DNA from: Candidatus Saccharimonadota bacterium
Lineage (GTDB): Bacteria; Bacteroidota; Bacteroidia; Cytophagales; Amoebophilaceae
Length of the DNA: 32,000 nucleotides
Assembly: GCF_936981045.1 (NCBI RefSeq)
Contig: NZ_OW441264.1
Coordinates: 150,001-182,000, forward strand
Reading direction: 5' to 3'
Shown here: one piece after another, positions 1-9,401 of the stretch
How positions within the stretch are numbered: the first letter of the stretch is position 1
How the letters are laid out: each line of letters starts with the position of its first letter
Notes under the pieces: model-generated
Told to the model about the DNA's origin: nothing
The model's input: the letters and a program-made list of their open reading frames with translations, nothing else
Database searches by the model: none
Translations under genes and position numbers: made by a program

Positions 1-1
1 G

Positions 2-379
2 CCAAGAGCAGCCTTACAAGCGGCAACCATTTCACCATTGGTCGATTTTTTTAGAATTGGAACCAATGATTTAACCCAAACTACCCTTGGTATTTCACGT
101 GATGATGGCGCAAAATTTTTAGACAGTTACCAACAAAAGGGCTTGCTTAAAGGAGACCCTTTTGTTACGCTTGATCAAGAAGGCGTTGGAAAATTGATTC
201 AAATAGCGGTAGCAAGAGGTAGGTCGGCCAATCCAAATTTAAAAATAGGTATTTGTGGCGAACATGGAGGCAATCCACCTTCTATTGAATTTTTCGAGTC
301 GATAGGTTTAGATTATATATCCTGTTCTCCATATAGAGTGCCTATTGCAAAGTTAGCTGCTGCCAAGGTAAGGAAGTGA
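2..379 (+). CDS. ppdK: pyruvate, phosphate dikinase, C-terminal fragment (5' part lies left of the window)
   Basis: The frame is open from base 2. The translation contains [15 protein letters not shown] and [38 protein letters not shown], the conserved PEP-utilising-enzyme C-terminus of PPDK. TGA at 377-379. Confidence 0.85.
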   Translation, partial: PRAALQAATISPLVDFFRIGTNDLTQTTLGISRDDGAKFLDSYQQKGLLKGDPFVTLDQEGVGKLIQIAVARGRSANPNLKIGICGEHGGNPPSIEFFESIGLDYISCSPYRVPIAKLAAAKVRK

Positions 380-386
380 TATTCTT

Positions 387-1880
387 CTATCCCTTTTTTT
401 CTAAAAAAGCAGTTATTCTTTTATGGGTCCTATCTCTATCCAGTAAGACTATAATTTCTATAAGGTCTGGACCAGCTGTACTTCCTGTAAGGGCCATACG
501 CAAGAGGGGCATGATGCCAGGAACTGCCTGTAACAACGGTTTAATCTTATGGGCCTTCCATTCTACTAGGGCAGTAAGACTTTGGGTAAAAGCCACCATT
601 CCCTCTTTGGTTTGGTTGTTCCACCTTTTCTGGATCAGCTCAGCGTCATAATCAACAGGATCAAAGAAAAAAAACCTACCTTCTTGCCAGAAATCCTTTG
701 GAAAAGTAATTCTATCCTTTACCAGGTTACAAATGGCTATTGCATCTTCCTGATTACACGTTATACTTTCTTTAGCTGCTTCTGTTATAAAGTAGCTGGC
801 CCAAGCGGTTGGTCCTTGTTGTTTAATATGCTGTTGGTTAAACCATTTGGCTTTAGCTATATCAAATTTCACACCTGATTTGCCTAGTCGTTCCAGAGAA
901 AAAGCCTCTATTAAAGCTGGTTTGGTAAATACTTCTTGATTAGTGCCTGGGTTCCACCCCAATAAAGCCAAAAAATTCAACAAAGCTTCTGGCAAATAGC
1001 CTGCTTCTCTAAAGGCTTTGTCAATTGTAAGGTCTCGGCTGTTCCAGGTAATAGGGAATGCCGGGAATCCATATTGATCGGCATGGCGTTTGCTTAATTT
1101 TCCGATACCATCGGGTGTCAATAGGAGCGGAAGATGGATAAATTGAGGCATCTGATCTGCCCAGCCTAAGTAACGATATAACAATATATGAATAGGAGTA
1201 GAGGGCAACCACTCTTCGCCACGGATGACATGGGTAATTTTCATGAGGTGATCATCTACAACACTAGCAAAGTGGTAGGTAGGCAAGCCATCTGATTTCA
1301 TCAACACCTTATCGTCCAATACAGAAGTATCTACTTTTACCCAGCCACGGACACCATCTTGAAAGCGTATAAGTTCTTTGTGCGTTACTTTTAATCGAAT
1401 GACATAGGGTTTACCGGCCGCTATCCATTCCTCTACCTGTTCTGCAGGCATGGTAAGCCCATTGCGCATCCATGCACGGCTTATGGCGTTGTACTGTGGG
1501 TGGGCCACTTTTGCTGCTTTAAGCCGTTCCCGCATCGCCTCGATCTCTGTTGGTGTGTCAAATGCATAATAGGCATGCCCCGCGTCCAATAAGGGTTTGA
1601 TGTATTGTTGATAAATGGCAATGCGTTCAGATTGCTTGTAAGGCACAAATGGTCCCCCTTGTTCAGGACCTTCATCTGGAACAATCCCCAGCCAACGCAA
1701 GCTTTCTAGCATGTAAGATTCCGCACTAGCTACCAAACGCTTTTGATCCGTGTCTTCAATACGCAATATAAACCGACCCTTCTCTTTTTGGGCCAAAAGA
1801 TAATTATAAAGAATGGTTCTCACGCTACCAATATGTAGTGCACCCGTTGGACTAGGGGCAAAGCGTACATGTACCGCCAT
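387..1880 (-). CDS. gltX: glutamyl-tRNA synthetase
   Basis: 497-aa ORF with a class I HIGH-type motif (PSPTGALHIGS) and a KMSKS-type motif (KLSKR). Overall GluRS-like sequence. Convergent with ppdK with only 7 bp between the stops. Confidence 0.93.
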   Translation of the reverse strand: MAVHVRFAPSPTGALHIGSVRTILYNYLLAQKEKGRFILRIEDTDQKRLVASAESYMLESLRWLGIVPDEGPEQGGPFVPYKQSERIAIYQQYIKPLLDAGHAYYAFDTPTEIEAMRERLKAAKVAHPQYNAISRAWMRNGLTMPAEQVEEWIAAGKPYVIRLKVTHKELIRFQDGVRGWVKVDTSVLDDKVLMKSDGLPTYHFASVVDDHLMKITHVIRGEEWLPSTPIHILLYRYLGWADQMPQFIHLPLLLTPDGIGKLSKRHADQYGFPAFPITWNSRDLTIDKAFREAGYLPEALLNFLALLGWNPGTNQEVFTKPALIEAFSLERLGKSGVKFDIAKAKWFNQQHIKQQGPTAWASYFITEAAKESITCNQEDAIAICNLVKDRITFPKDFWQEGRFFFFDPVDYDAELIQKRWNNQTKEGMVAFTQSLTALVEWKAHKIKPLLQAVPGIMPLLRMALTGSTAGPDLIEIIVLLDRDRTHKRITAFLEKKG

Positions 1881-1925
1881 ATATTAATCTAAAAAATGGT
1901 AATAAATAAGGCATTTGTATGCTAC

Positions 1926-2582
1926 TTATATCTTGGCCAAAACGGTAATGCCGCCTTTTATTTTATCGCCTACAGCTACTTGAATATCAGCATCTAGCGG
2001 CAAATAAATCTCTGCTCTTGAACCAAACTTAATAAAACCACATTTTTCACCCTGTTGCACTTCCTCACCTTCTTTAAAATAAAACTTAATGCGGCGTGCC
2101 ATAAAACCAGCTATTTGTCTAAAAAGAATTTGCTGACCATTTTCATTTTCAATGACAATGGAAGTTCTTTCATTATGCGTGCTGGCTTTAGGATGAAAGG
2201 CAATCAGGTACTGGCCTGGGTGGTATTTAAAAAATACAATCTTGCCAGACATTGGAAATCGGTTGACGTGTACATTAAAAGGAGACATAAATATGCTGAT
2301 TTTGATGCGTTCTTCCTTTAAATATTCCTCCTCATATACTTTCTGAATGGTAATGATTTTACCATCTGCTGGCCCTAATATGTATTGATCTTGGGTATGA
2401 ATGATGCGGTATGGATCTCTAAAAAAATAGATTAACCAAAGATAAAAAGCACCACTCACTATTGCAAATCCTATGGATTGATGGTAACTGAGTACCACTT
2501 TTTTATGCATGCCATAGTAAATAAGCAACAGTAAGACAGGTGTCCATAATAAAATTTCTTTTCCTTCTTTATGTATTTTCAT
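1926..2582 (-). CDS. psd: phosphatidylserine decarboxylase proenzyme (short type)
   Basis: 218-aa ORF with N-terminal TM segments, then FMSPFNVHVNRFPMSG and GFIKFGSRAEIYLP, which is the Psd core with the G-S self-cleavage site. Confidence 0.88.
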   Translation of the reverse strand: MKIHKEGKEILLWTPVLLLLIYYGMHKKVVLSYHQSIGFAIVSGAFYLWLIYFFRDPYRIIHTQDQYILGPADGKIITIQKVYEEEYLKEERIKISIFMSPFNVHVNRFPMSGKIVFFKYHPGQYLIAFHPKASTHNERTSIVIENENGQQILFRQIAGFMARRIKFYFKEGEEVQQGEKCGFIKFGSRAEIYLPLDADIQVAVGDKIKGGITVLAKI

Positions 2583-2663
2583 TATTTAAAAACTTAAAAA
2601 TCTATAGTCCTGGTAGTGTTATAGATTATTCAGTCGTCTACACTTTTACTGGTTGTAATGTTT

Positions 2664-3542
2664 TTACCCATACAGTAAAGTGATTTTTAAAAATGCAACT
2701 ACTGTGGGGATGGTTAACAATAAACTATCGACTCTGTCCAAGAGTCCTCCATGGCCTGGAATCATTTCGCTAGCATTTTTTACATCTACACTTCTTTTAA
2801 GCAATGAGGCGACTAAGTCTCCATAAGTCCCTGTAAAAATAGTGATCACCGAGATCGAAAGCCACTGCCATAAGGGTAAAATATTAAAAACATAGGCCAT
2901 CGCATAGCCAGCTATTACCGAAAATAAGGCACCTCCCCAAAAGCCTTCCCATGTTTTTTGAGGCGATATCCGTTTAAAAAGTTTAGAGCGTCCTATAGCT
3001 GAACCTACTAGGTAGGCCCCTGTATCTTGGCTCCAAACAATGGCCAGTAAGCCTAATATCAGCTGGTTGGAATAGATGCCGTTAAAAAAAGCTAGATAAT
3101 GCAGCATGCTACAGGGAAGGGCAATATACAAAATACCTAAAAAGGTAGCTGCGATATCTAAAAAGGGGTTAGAGGGTTTTCGGCTATACAATGTAGCTAC
3201 ATATATTAAAATAGTTAATGGAATACAACCATAGCTTAATAGGGGTGAGTAGTTAACTTGAAGGTAGTAGGAGAAAGCTATGGTATACAGGAGTAGCCCT
3301 AGCCAAATGCCGTAGCCGCGCATGGGCGCAACATTTGCTTGTTTAAGCAACTTGTAAAACTCTAGCATGGCCAGCATGACTACATAAAAGAAAAGAAAAA
3401 AGTAGGTCCATGCGGACCAAAAAATGGAAAAAATAATAACAGGTGTAAAGAAGACAATCGAAAGAAAACGTTGTATAAAATTGTTTTGTTTTTTCAACAT
3501 AGGTGTAGGGTCTGTTTTTAATAAACGATGCATCGCCTGCAT
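2664..3542 (-). CDS. cdsA: phosphatidate cytidylyltransferase (CDP-diglyceride synthase)
   Basis: 292-aa polytopic membrane ORF carrying the CTP-transferase signature SLLKRSVDVKNASEMIPGHGGLLDRVDS. The exact start (M1, M4 or M15) is uncertain. Confidence 0.88.
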   Translation of the reverse strand: MQAMHRLLKTDPTPMLKKQNNFIQRFLSIVFFTPVIIFSIFWSAWTYFFLFFYVVMLAMLEFYKLLKQANVAPMRGYGIWLGLLLYTIAFSYYLQVNYSPLLSYGCIPLTILIYVATLYSRKPSNPFLDIAATFLGILYIALPCSMLHYLAFFNGIYSNQLILGLLAIVWSQDTGAYLVGSAIGRSKLFKRISPQKTWEGFWGGALFSVIAGYAMAYVFNILPLWQWLSISVITIFTGTYGDLVASLLKRSVDVKNASEMIPGHGGLLDRVDSLLLTIPTVVAFLKITLLYG

Positions 3543-3609
3543 CTCTTCCTATTTTCAAGCTAATAGGCTCCTACAATGATATAAAAATTTAACAGGAAAA
3601 ACATACGCA

Positions 3610-6342
3610 CTAGAAGTTGATGGGCGTTTTTGTAGGCACAACTGGTTCATGTGCTTCAAGCCAATTGGCCCCCACATTCCAATTTACTTTAATAGGCACA
3701 TTTTCCAATGGCAAGGCTTGTGCCATGAGTAGCGGAATATGATGCTGTAGATCGGCTACTTCTGCTTTTGGTACATTAAAAACCAATTCGTCGTGTACCT
3801 GTATCATCATTTTGCTTTTAAGCTTATGGCTTTCCAACCAATGGTGAATCTGGATCATTGCCAATTTAATCATTTCAGCCGCACTGCCTTGAATGGGAGT
3901 GTTTATTGCGTTGCGTTCTGCAACGCCTCGTATCGTACTATTTTGAGCGTGTATATCGGGCAGGAAACGTTTTCTACCCAGTAGGGTGGTTACATAGCCA
4001 TTTGCTTGGGCCTTGGCTATAGTTGTTTTCATATATCTTTTAATACCTGGAAATTCTTCAAAGTAGGCGGCGATCAACTCAGCTGCTTCTTTTCTAGATA
4101 AATTGCCCATGCGTTCCGAAAGGCCAAAGGGAGAGATGCCATATATAATGCCAAAATTGGCTATTTTTGCCTTTCGCCGCATTTCCTCATCTACCACATC
4201 TGTTTTAAAGAGTTTGTGTGCCGTGATCTGGTGTATATCTTTATCTTCTTGGAAGGCCATGATCATTGTTGCATCTTGTGCATAAGCTGCCATAATCCGC
4301 AGTTCTATTTGTGAATAGTCAGCAGAAAAGAGACGATCGCCTTTGTGGTGTGGAATAAAAGCTTTGCGCAGTACACGTCCTAAGGGGGTTCTAATCGGTA
4401 TGTTTTGCAGATTAGGTCCTGTAGTGCTCAACCGGCCAGTAGTGACCACGGTTTGGTGATAGGAAGTGTGGAGCCGTTTGTCTATAGGGTGGACCATCTT
4501 GGGTAGTGCATTCACATAGGTCGAGCGGAGTTTTTGCCAGATACGGTGTTCCATGATGACTGGAACAATAGGATGTGCTTTCATGAACTTAGCCAATACC
4601 GCTTCTCCCGTTGCATATTGTCCCCCTTTGGTTTTGATAGGCTTTTCATGCAGTTGCAACCTTTCAAACAATACCTCACCCAGTTGCTTTGGGGAATCCA
4701 TATTAAATGTGGTTTGCGCCAATGTATAAATCTTTTGCTTCAGGTCGTTGGTGGTGCGCGCCATTTCTTCCCCTAGGGTAGCCAGAAAGGTTAGATCAAT
4801 GGAAACACCTTCTAGTTCCATAGCTACCAATACTTGAACCAATGGCATTTCAACTCGGTAAAATAAATCAGCAACCGCTTGTTCCGTTAATGCTTGGGCA
4901 ATAATTGGGTAAATTTGTAAGGTAAGATCCGCTTGCTCGCTTATAGGGTCTTTGATCTGCTCGGGTGCTGTTTTTGCCCTATTGACCTGTTTTTTAGAGG
5001 GGGTATGGTTTAGATATTGTTCCGATAATGCAGTAAAATGGTGTTGCCTATCAGGTGCAATCAACGCATGGGCAATCATCGTATCAAATAGGGGAGGGGC
5101 CATGCTGAGGCCATGCTGCTGCAATACGATCAGCGCATATTTTAAGTTATGTATTACCTTTATCGCATCTGTTCGGTCGAATAGTGCCTGAAGCAGGGAT
5201 ACAAATGGCTTGGCCGCTGCGGTATGTGTGGGTATGGCTACATAATCCGCTTGTCCAGTTTGGTAAGCAAAAGCAATGCCTAGTAAATGGGCTGTGTGTG
5301 GATCTATGCTGGTGGTGGCTATATCGAAAGCCCATATAGTTGTTTTCTGCAGCTTTTGCATCAATGCTTCGCAGGTGGGCAGGGTGTCTATAAGGGTATA
5401 AGCAACCTTGTCGGTAGCTGCAAATAAATCAGCTGTTTGTCCCTTTTGCCCAAATAACCGTTGGTTGAGCTGCCTGAATTCCAGTAAGGTAAGTAGTGGT
5501 TCCAATTTGGCTCTATTGGGTCCCTGGTAACGGCACCTTTCCCAATCTAGCGTGATGGGTACATCTGTGCGAATGGTTGCCAGTTGTTTGGAAAGTATAG
5601 CTTGGTCTGCATATTGGATGACATTTGCTTGTAATTTGCCCATTAGCTGATGGCTATGCGCCAATAAATTTTCTAGATTGTCAAATTCTTTTATAAGCTT
5701 TCGAGCAGTTTTTTTGCCAATAGACGGAATACCTGGAATAAAATCAGAAGGATCTCCTTCTAATGCCAAAATATCCTTTACTTGTTCTGGTCTAGCGATT
5801 TCCCATTGTGCCAGAATTTCCTTTTCACCGAGTATGGTCGCCTTTTGGACATGGCTGCTAGGCTTATAAAGATAGATGCCATGCTGTACCATTTGGGCTA
5901 AGTCTTTGTCTGTGGACATAATGTAGGTAGTAGATCCCTCCGCCTTTTGGGCCAGCGTACCCAATAGGTCATCTGCTTCATATCCACTACAGGCTACAGA
6001 TAAGATACCAAACCCATCTAGAACAGCTTTAATATAAGGAATGGCTATAGAGATAGCTTCTGGTTGTACCGGTCTGTGGGACTTATAGGCTGGAAATAGT
6101 TCATGGCGAAAGGTTTTTTCTTTTCCGTCAAAGGCCACGATGAGATGGGTCGGTTTTTCTTTTTGTAATACCTCTACTAGGGTATTTACAAAGCCCAATA
6201 TGGCTCCTGTTGGAATCCCCTGTGTGGTAGTAGGCGCTGCCTTGCCAAGGGCAAAATGTGCTCTGTAGATGAGCGACATACCATCTAACAGAAAAAGTTT
6301 TTTGGATGGGTATACCATTTCATATGTTTGTCTTGTGGACAT
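3610..6342 (-). CDS. polA: DNA polymerase I
   Basis: The ORF runs 3610-6405. It has a 5'-3' exonuclease N-terminus (LLDGMSLIYRAHFA) and polymerase motifs DYSQIELRI, RRKAKIANFGIIYG and QVHDELVF. The start is placed at ATG 6342 (MSTRQ...) because the longer ORF would overlap the upstream gene's stop at 6356; start uncertain. Confidence 0.93.
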   Translation of the reverse strand: MSTRQTYEMVYPSKKLFLLDGMSLIYRAHFALGKAAPTTTQGIPTGAILGFVNTLVEVLQKEKPTHLIVAFDGKEKTFRHELFPAYKSHRPVQPEAISIAIPYIKAVLDGFGILSVACSGYEADDLLGTLAQKAEGSTTYIMSTDKDLAQMVQHGIYLYKPSSHVQKATILGEKEILAQWEIARPEQVKDILALEGDPSDFIPGIPSIGKKTARKLIKEFDNLENLLAHSHQLMGKLQANVIQYADQAILSKQLATIRTDVPITLDWERCRYQGPNRAKLEPLLTLLEFRQLNQRLFGQKGQTADLFAATDKVAYTLIDTLPTCEALMQKLQKTTIWAFDIATTSIDPHTAHLLGIAFAYQTGQADYVAIPTHTAAAKPFVSLLQALFDRTDAIKVIHNLKYALIVLQQHGLSMAPPLFDTMIAHALIAPDRQHHFTALSEQYLNHTPSKKQVNRAKTAPEQIKDPISEQADLTLQIYPIIAQALTEQAVADLFYRVEMPLVQVLVAMELEGVSIDLTFLATLGEEMARTTNDLKQKIYTLAQTTFNMDSPKQLGEVLFERLQLHEKPIKTKGGQYATGEAVLAKFMKAHPIVPVIMEHRIWQKLRSTYVNALPKMVHPIDKRLHTSYHQTVVTTGRLSTTGPNLQNIPIRTPLGRVLRKAFIPHHKGDRLFSADYSQIELRIMAAYAQDATMIMAFQEDKDIHQITAHKLFKTDVVDEEMRRKAKIANFGIIYGISPFGLSERMGNLSRKEAAELIAAYFEEFPGIKRYMKTTIAKAQANGYVTTLLGRKRFLPDIHAQNSTIRGVAERNAINTPIQGSAAEMIKLAMIQIHHWLESHKLKSKMMIQVHDELVFNVPKAEVADLQHHIPLLMAQALPLENVPIKVNWNVGANWLEAHEPVVPTKTPINF

Positions 6343-6355
6343 GGGGTTTTGTAAT

Positions 6356-7309
6356 TTACCATAATCCAGTAAGAAGTCTATCTCCTCTGTACTGCTTGCC
6401 ACCATGCATATGGTCTAGTGTGGTATGGCATCCCACTATAGGACATTTGCTAAGTCCCGGTATGCGTATGCTGATGCCCACTTGGGCCATTATACCATCT
6501 ATATAATGGCTTACACTAAGCAGATGATCAGGGCTAGATGGTTCATACGGTTCTATAAGCTCATTGTTGAAGCAAAAGCCATAAGCCACTCGAAGGCTCC
6601 AATAGATGCAACGCGTAATCTGTTTTTTCCATGTACCTCCCAAATCACCATTACGGCTGTAGTGCCAATGACCGCTTTTTCCCAATTCAGAAAAGTGATA
6701 AGTACAAGGTGCCCAAGTGCCATCTATTAATAAATCATAATTTTGATTTTCAATCAGTTTAAAACCTAATCGGAGTAAGGGAGTCCAAGTAAAGTAATAG
6801 GGACGTGCAGGTATATAGGCCAGTAGTTTATTTTCCTTATTTTGATCGTCATCCGATGGTTTACCATGGACCCATTGCCCCTCCATCCTTTCTAAAAAAG
6901 AATACCTTATACCCACACCCGCGCCGATTCGCAACTGCTGAAGGTCCATAGCTACCAAAAGTTGGGCAGCAAGGGTCATACCCTTTCCCGTAAAACCATA
7001 CATACCTTTAGGGTCATAACCACTTTGTTCGAGATCATCTGTATCTTGATCTCTTTCAAAGTAAATAGAAGACGCATGATACCAACGTATGCGGTAGGCG
7101 TGTATGGTAGTTTCATCTTTACCATTGACTTCCATTTCACCCTCTTGTCTACCAGGGTGCATGCCACTAGTGTGTACTTTATATCTATCCGCTTTTATAG
7201 AAAAGGCACCCTGTAGCTGAATGCGCCTCCAAAAGGAGTCGTTTGAAGCCTGCAATACAACCAATGGGGCAAACCACAGCAAGAAAGATAAGCTGGTACG
7301 GAATTTCAA
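6356..7309 (-). CDS. hypothetical secreted or outer-membrane protein
   Basis: 317-aa ORF with a signal-peptide-like N-terminus (MKFRTSLSFLLWFAPLVVLQAS). The body is rich in aromatic/Gly alternating stretches typical of beta-barrel proteins. The C-terminus is Cys/His-rich (CPIVGCHTTLDHMHGG). No family recognised. It ends 13 bp upstream of polA. Confidence 0.55.
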   Translation of the reverse strand: MKFRTSLSFLLWFAPLVVLQASNDSFWRRIQLQGAFSIKADRYKVHTSGMHPGRQEGEMEVNGKDETTIHAYRIRWYHASSIYFERDQDTDDLEQSGYDPKGMYGFTGKGMTLAAQLLVAMDLQQLRIGAGVGIRYSFLERMEGQWVHGKPSDDDQNKENKLLAYIPARPYYFTWTPLLRLGFKLIENQNYDLLIDGTWAPCTYHFSELGKSGHWHYSRNGDLGGTWKKQITRCIYWSLRVAYGFCFNNELIEPYEPSSPDHLLSVSHYIDGIMAQVGISIRIPGLSKCPIVGCHTTLDHMHGGKQYRGDRLLTGLW

Positions 7310-7548
7310 TGGGTGAATATTTTAATTTTTTTTTCGTATGAGCCAGGCTTAGAAAGCAATGATTGGACCCTTGAATTTATATTTTTTTACTTTTATTTCC
7401 TAATTTGTGCACAGCCGTAACATCAATGGTGTCGGTTTAAGGGAAAGTATTAATGGCTACTTTTTTCATCAGCGTTTGATTTTTTGAATACTTTTTGATC
7501 CAGCAAAAAGGATCACATAAAATCCTTGCATCTAAAACGGAAATACCC

Positions 7549-8655
7549 ATGCGCTATTACATTATTGCTGGCGAGCATTCCGGGGATCTGCATGGCGCTG
7601 ATTTGATTAGGCAAATCAAAGCCATAGATCACTATGCCGATTTTTGGGCTTGTGGGGGTATGGTTATGTCAAAAGCTATTGGTAAGCCTTGCAGGGTAGA
7701 TGGTTCAACAATGGCCTATATGGGGATAGATTTTTTAAAAAAGTGCTATACCCTATGGCAGTTGCTAAAATTTTGCCAAAAAGGTTTAATCGGTTACCAG
7801 CCCGATGTAGTCATTTTAATCGACTACAGTGGTTTCAATATGAGACTAGCCGCCTTTGCCAAGCGAAATGGATTTCGAGTATGTTACTATATACCGCCCA
7901 AGATCTGGGCACATAGTTCACGAAGGATTACAAAAATCCAGCGGGATGTAGACAAAGTATTATCCATCTTGCCCTTTGAAGTAGCTTATTATCAGGCGCA
8001 GGGATACCATACCATTGATTATGTAGGCAATCCGCTGGTTCAAAAGATAGCCGACCATCGCATCAATCCCTATTTTAGAGCAGATAATAGACTGGATGAC
8101 CGGCCTATTATCGCTTTATTGCCCGGTAGTAGGTTGGATGAAATTCGGCGCATATTGCCCCTGATGGTTGCCCAAGTAGACCATACCTATCAGTTTGTAG
8201 TAGCTGGATTGCGTCATATTCCAAATGGTTTGTATAAGGCAATATGTCCACCTACCATCCAAGTGGTTTACGACCAAACCTACGACCTAATGGCCGTTGC
8301 AAAGGCGGGTATCATTGCTTCTGGCACAGCTAGTTTAGAAGCTGCTTTATTTAATTTGTTGCAAGTAGTGATCTATAAGACCCATCCACTGGCTTACTGG
8401 TTTTACAAAAGCATGATCACGGTAAAACATATCTCTTTAGTCAACCTTTTGGTAAATCAAACAGTGGTTCCAGAATTGATTCAATATCAACTCACTAGTG
8501 AAAAGATCTATGCCACTTTAAAGGGTCTTTTATCAGGAAGTGGTGGCGCCAGGCAAAAAGAAGCCTATCAAACGATTCGTCGATTATTGGGTCAAAAGCA
8601 TGGTGCTACAGAAGCAGCAAAGTGTATAGTAGCCAGTATAAAGGGCCAATTCTAG
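7549..8655 (+). CDS. lpxB: lipid-A-disaccharide synthase
   Basis: N-terminus MRYYIIAGEHSGDLHGADLIRQIK and LLPGSR ... ASGTASLEAAL motifs of GT19 LpxB. The ORF opens at 7495, but the ATG at 7549 gives the canonical N-terminus. Confidence 0.9.
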   Translation: MRYYIIAGEHSGDLHGADLIRQIKAIDHYADFWACGGMVMSKAIGKPCRVDGSTMAYMGIDFLKKCYTLWQLLKFCQKGLIGYQPDVVILIDYSGFNMRLAAFAKRNGFRVCYYIPPKIWAHSSRRITKIQRDVDKVLSILPFEVAYYQAQGYHTIDYVGNPLVQKIADHRINPYFRADNRLDDRPIIALLPGSRLDEIRRILPLMVAQVDHTYQFVVAGLRHIPNGLYKAICPPTIQVVYDQTYDLMAVAKAGIIASGTASLEAALFNLLQVVIYKTHPLAYWFYKSMITVKHISLVNLLVNQTVVPELIQYQLTSEKIYATLKGLLSGSGGARQKEAYQTIRRLLGQKHGATEAAKCIVASIKGQF

Positions 8656-8702
8656 CAGATGGCTGAATGGAGGCGCTAAAAACAGGCTGTTTATTTAATC
8701 AT

Positions 8703-8943
8703 ACGTGAGTTCGGGATTAGATTATTTTTTCATTTGATAATCAATATCAATGAAAATTTATAAAATTTGTTTTATTAGACAGTTAAATAGGTAGTTGAAT
8801 AACAAATAATTCTGGTAATCAGTTTATTATATATATTATATTTATAAAATTAGATATAAAAACTTGTTAAATAGGTGCAAATATTAACTAAATAATTGAT
8901 ATTAAATTGTTGTAAATCAGTCAAATAAATCCCGAACTCACGT
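8703..8943 (+). mobile_element. 241-bp MITE, copy 1 (orientation A)
   Basis: Perfect 16-bp terminal inverted repeats: ACGTGAGTTCGGGATT at 8703-8718 and AATCCCGAACTCACGT at 8928-8943. The interior is extremely AT-rich and ORF-less. Flanked by a direct repeat TAATCAT (8696-8702 and 8944-8950). Three other full copies lie in the window. Confidence 0.9.
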
Positions 8944-8960
8944 TAATCATTAAAAAAATA

Positions 8961-9401
8961 ATGGAAAAAAAAGCAGGTAGGGTTATGGCGATAGACTATG
9001 GGCGCAAGCGTGTTGGTATTGCTGTAACCGATCCCTTACAAATCATTGCTACCCCTTTGACGACGATAGCCACCCCCACTTTATTTCCTTTTTTGAAGGA
9101 CTATCTACAACAAGAAAGCGTGGTAAGCTTTGTGATGGGTATGCCCAAAGGTTTAAATGGAGCACCTTCTAAAATGAGTAGGATCGTAGAGCATATCGGT
9201 GTGCAATTACAAAAGGCATTTCCAGCGCAAAGCTTCTACTACCAGGATGAGCGATTTACCTCTAAGTTGGCTATTCAGGGGCTTTACCAAGCGGGCTATT
9301 CTAAAAAGGATAGAGTGCATAAAAGCAATGTAGATAAAGTAAGTGCTGCGATTATATTACAATCCTTTTTAAGCAGATTAGATCGCAAGGTTAGTTTGTA
9401 A
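8961..9401 (+). CDS. ruvX: Holliday-junction resolvase-like nuclease YqgF/RuvX
   Basis: 146-aa ORF with the typical N-terminus (V)MAIDYGRKRVGIAVTD and the YqgF family length. An alternative ATG lies at 8985. Confidence 0.85.
   Translation: MEKKAGRVMAIDYGRKRVGIAVTDPLQIIATPLTTIATPTLFPFLKDYLQQESVVSFVMGMPKGLNGAPSKMSRIVEHIGVQLQKAFPAQSFYYQDERFTSKLAIQGLYQAGYSKKDRVHKSNVDKVSAAIILQSFLSRLDRKVSL

Noticed and set aside
376-1684. ORFs 376-651(+), 582-878(+), 1021-1212(-) and 1481-1684(-) overlapping gltX. The same applies to the many 60-100-aa ORFs inside psd, polA, lpxB, rpsA, the NTT gene and murC.
   Set aside because: They lie antisense or out of frame within strongly conserved genes and have low-complexity or odd composition with no recognisable motifs. 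They are typical chance ORFs.
8703-8943. Possibility that the repeated 241-bp units represent CRISPR repeats or another array.
   Set aside because: The copies are dispersed kilobases apart in both orientations. They have terminal inverted repeats and flanking direct repeats, with no short repeat-spacer periodicity.
8927-8946. The MITE end AACTCACGTTA resembles part of the 38-bp Tn3 inverted repeat (..GAAAACTCACGTTAAG), and Tn3-family elements make 5-bp duplications.
   Set aside because: Only about 10-12 nt match, and the polarity is wrong: the matching bases are outermost here but innermost in Tn3. There is no GGGG terminus. It is most likely coincidence.
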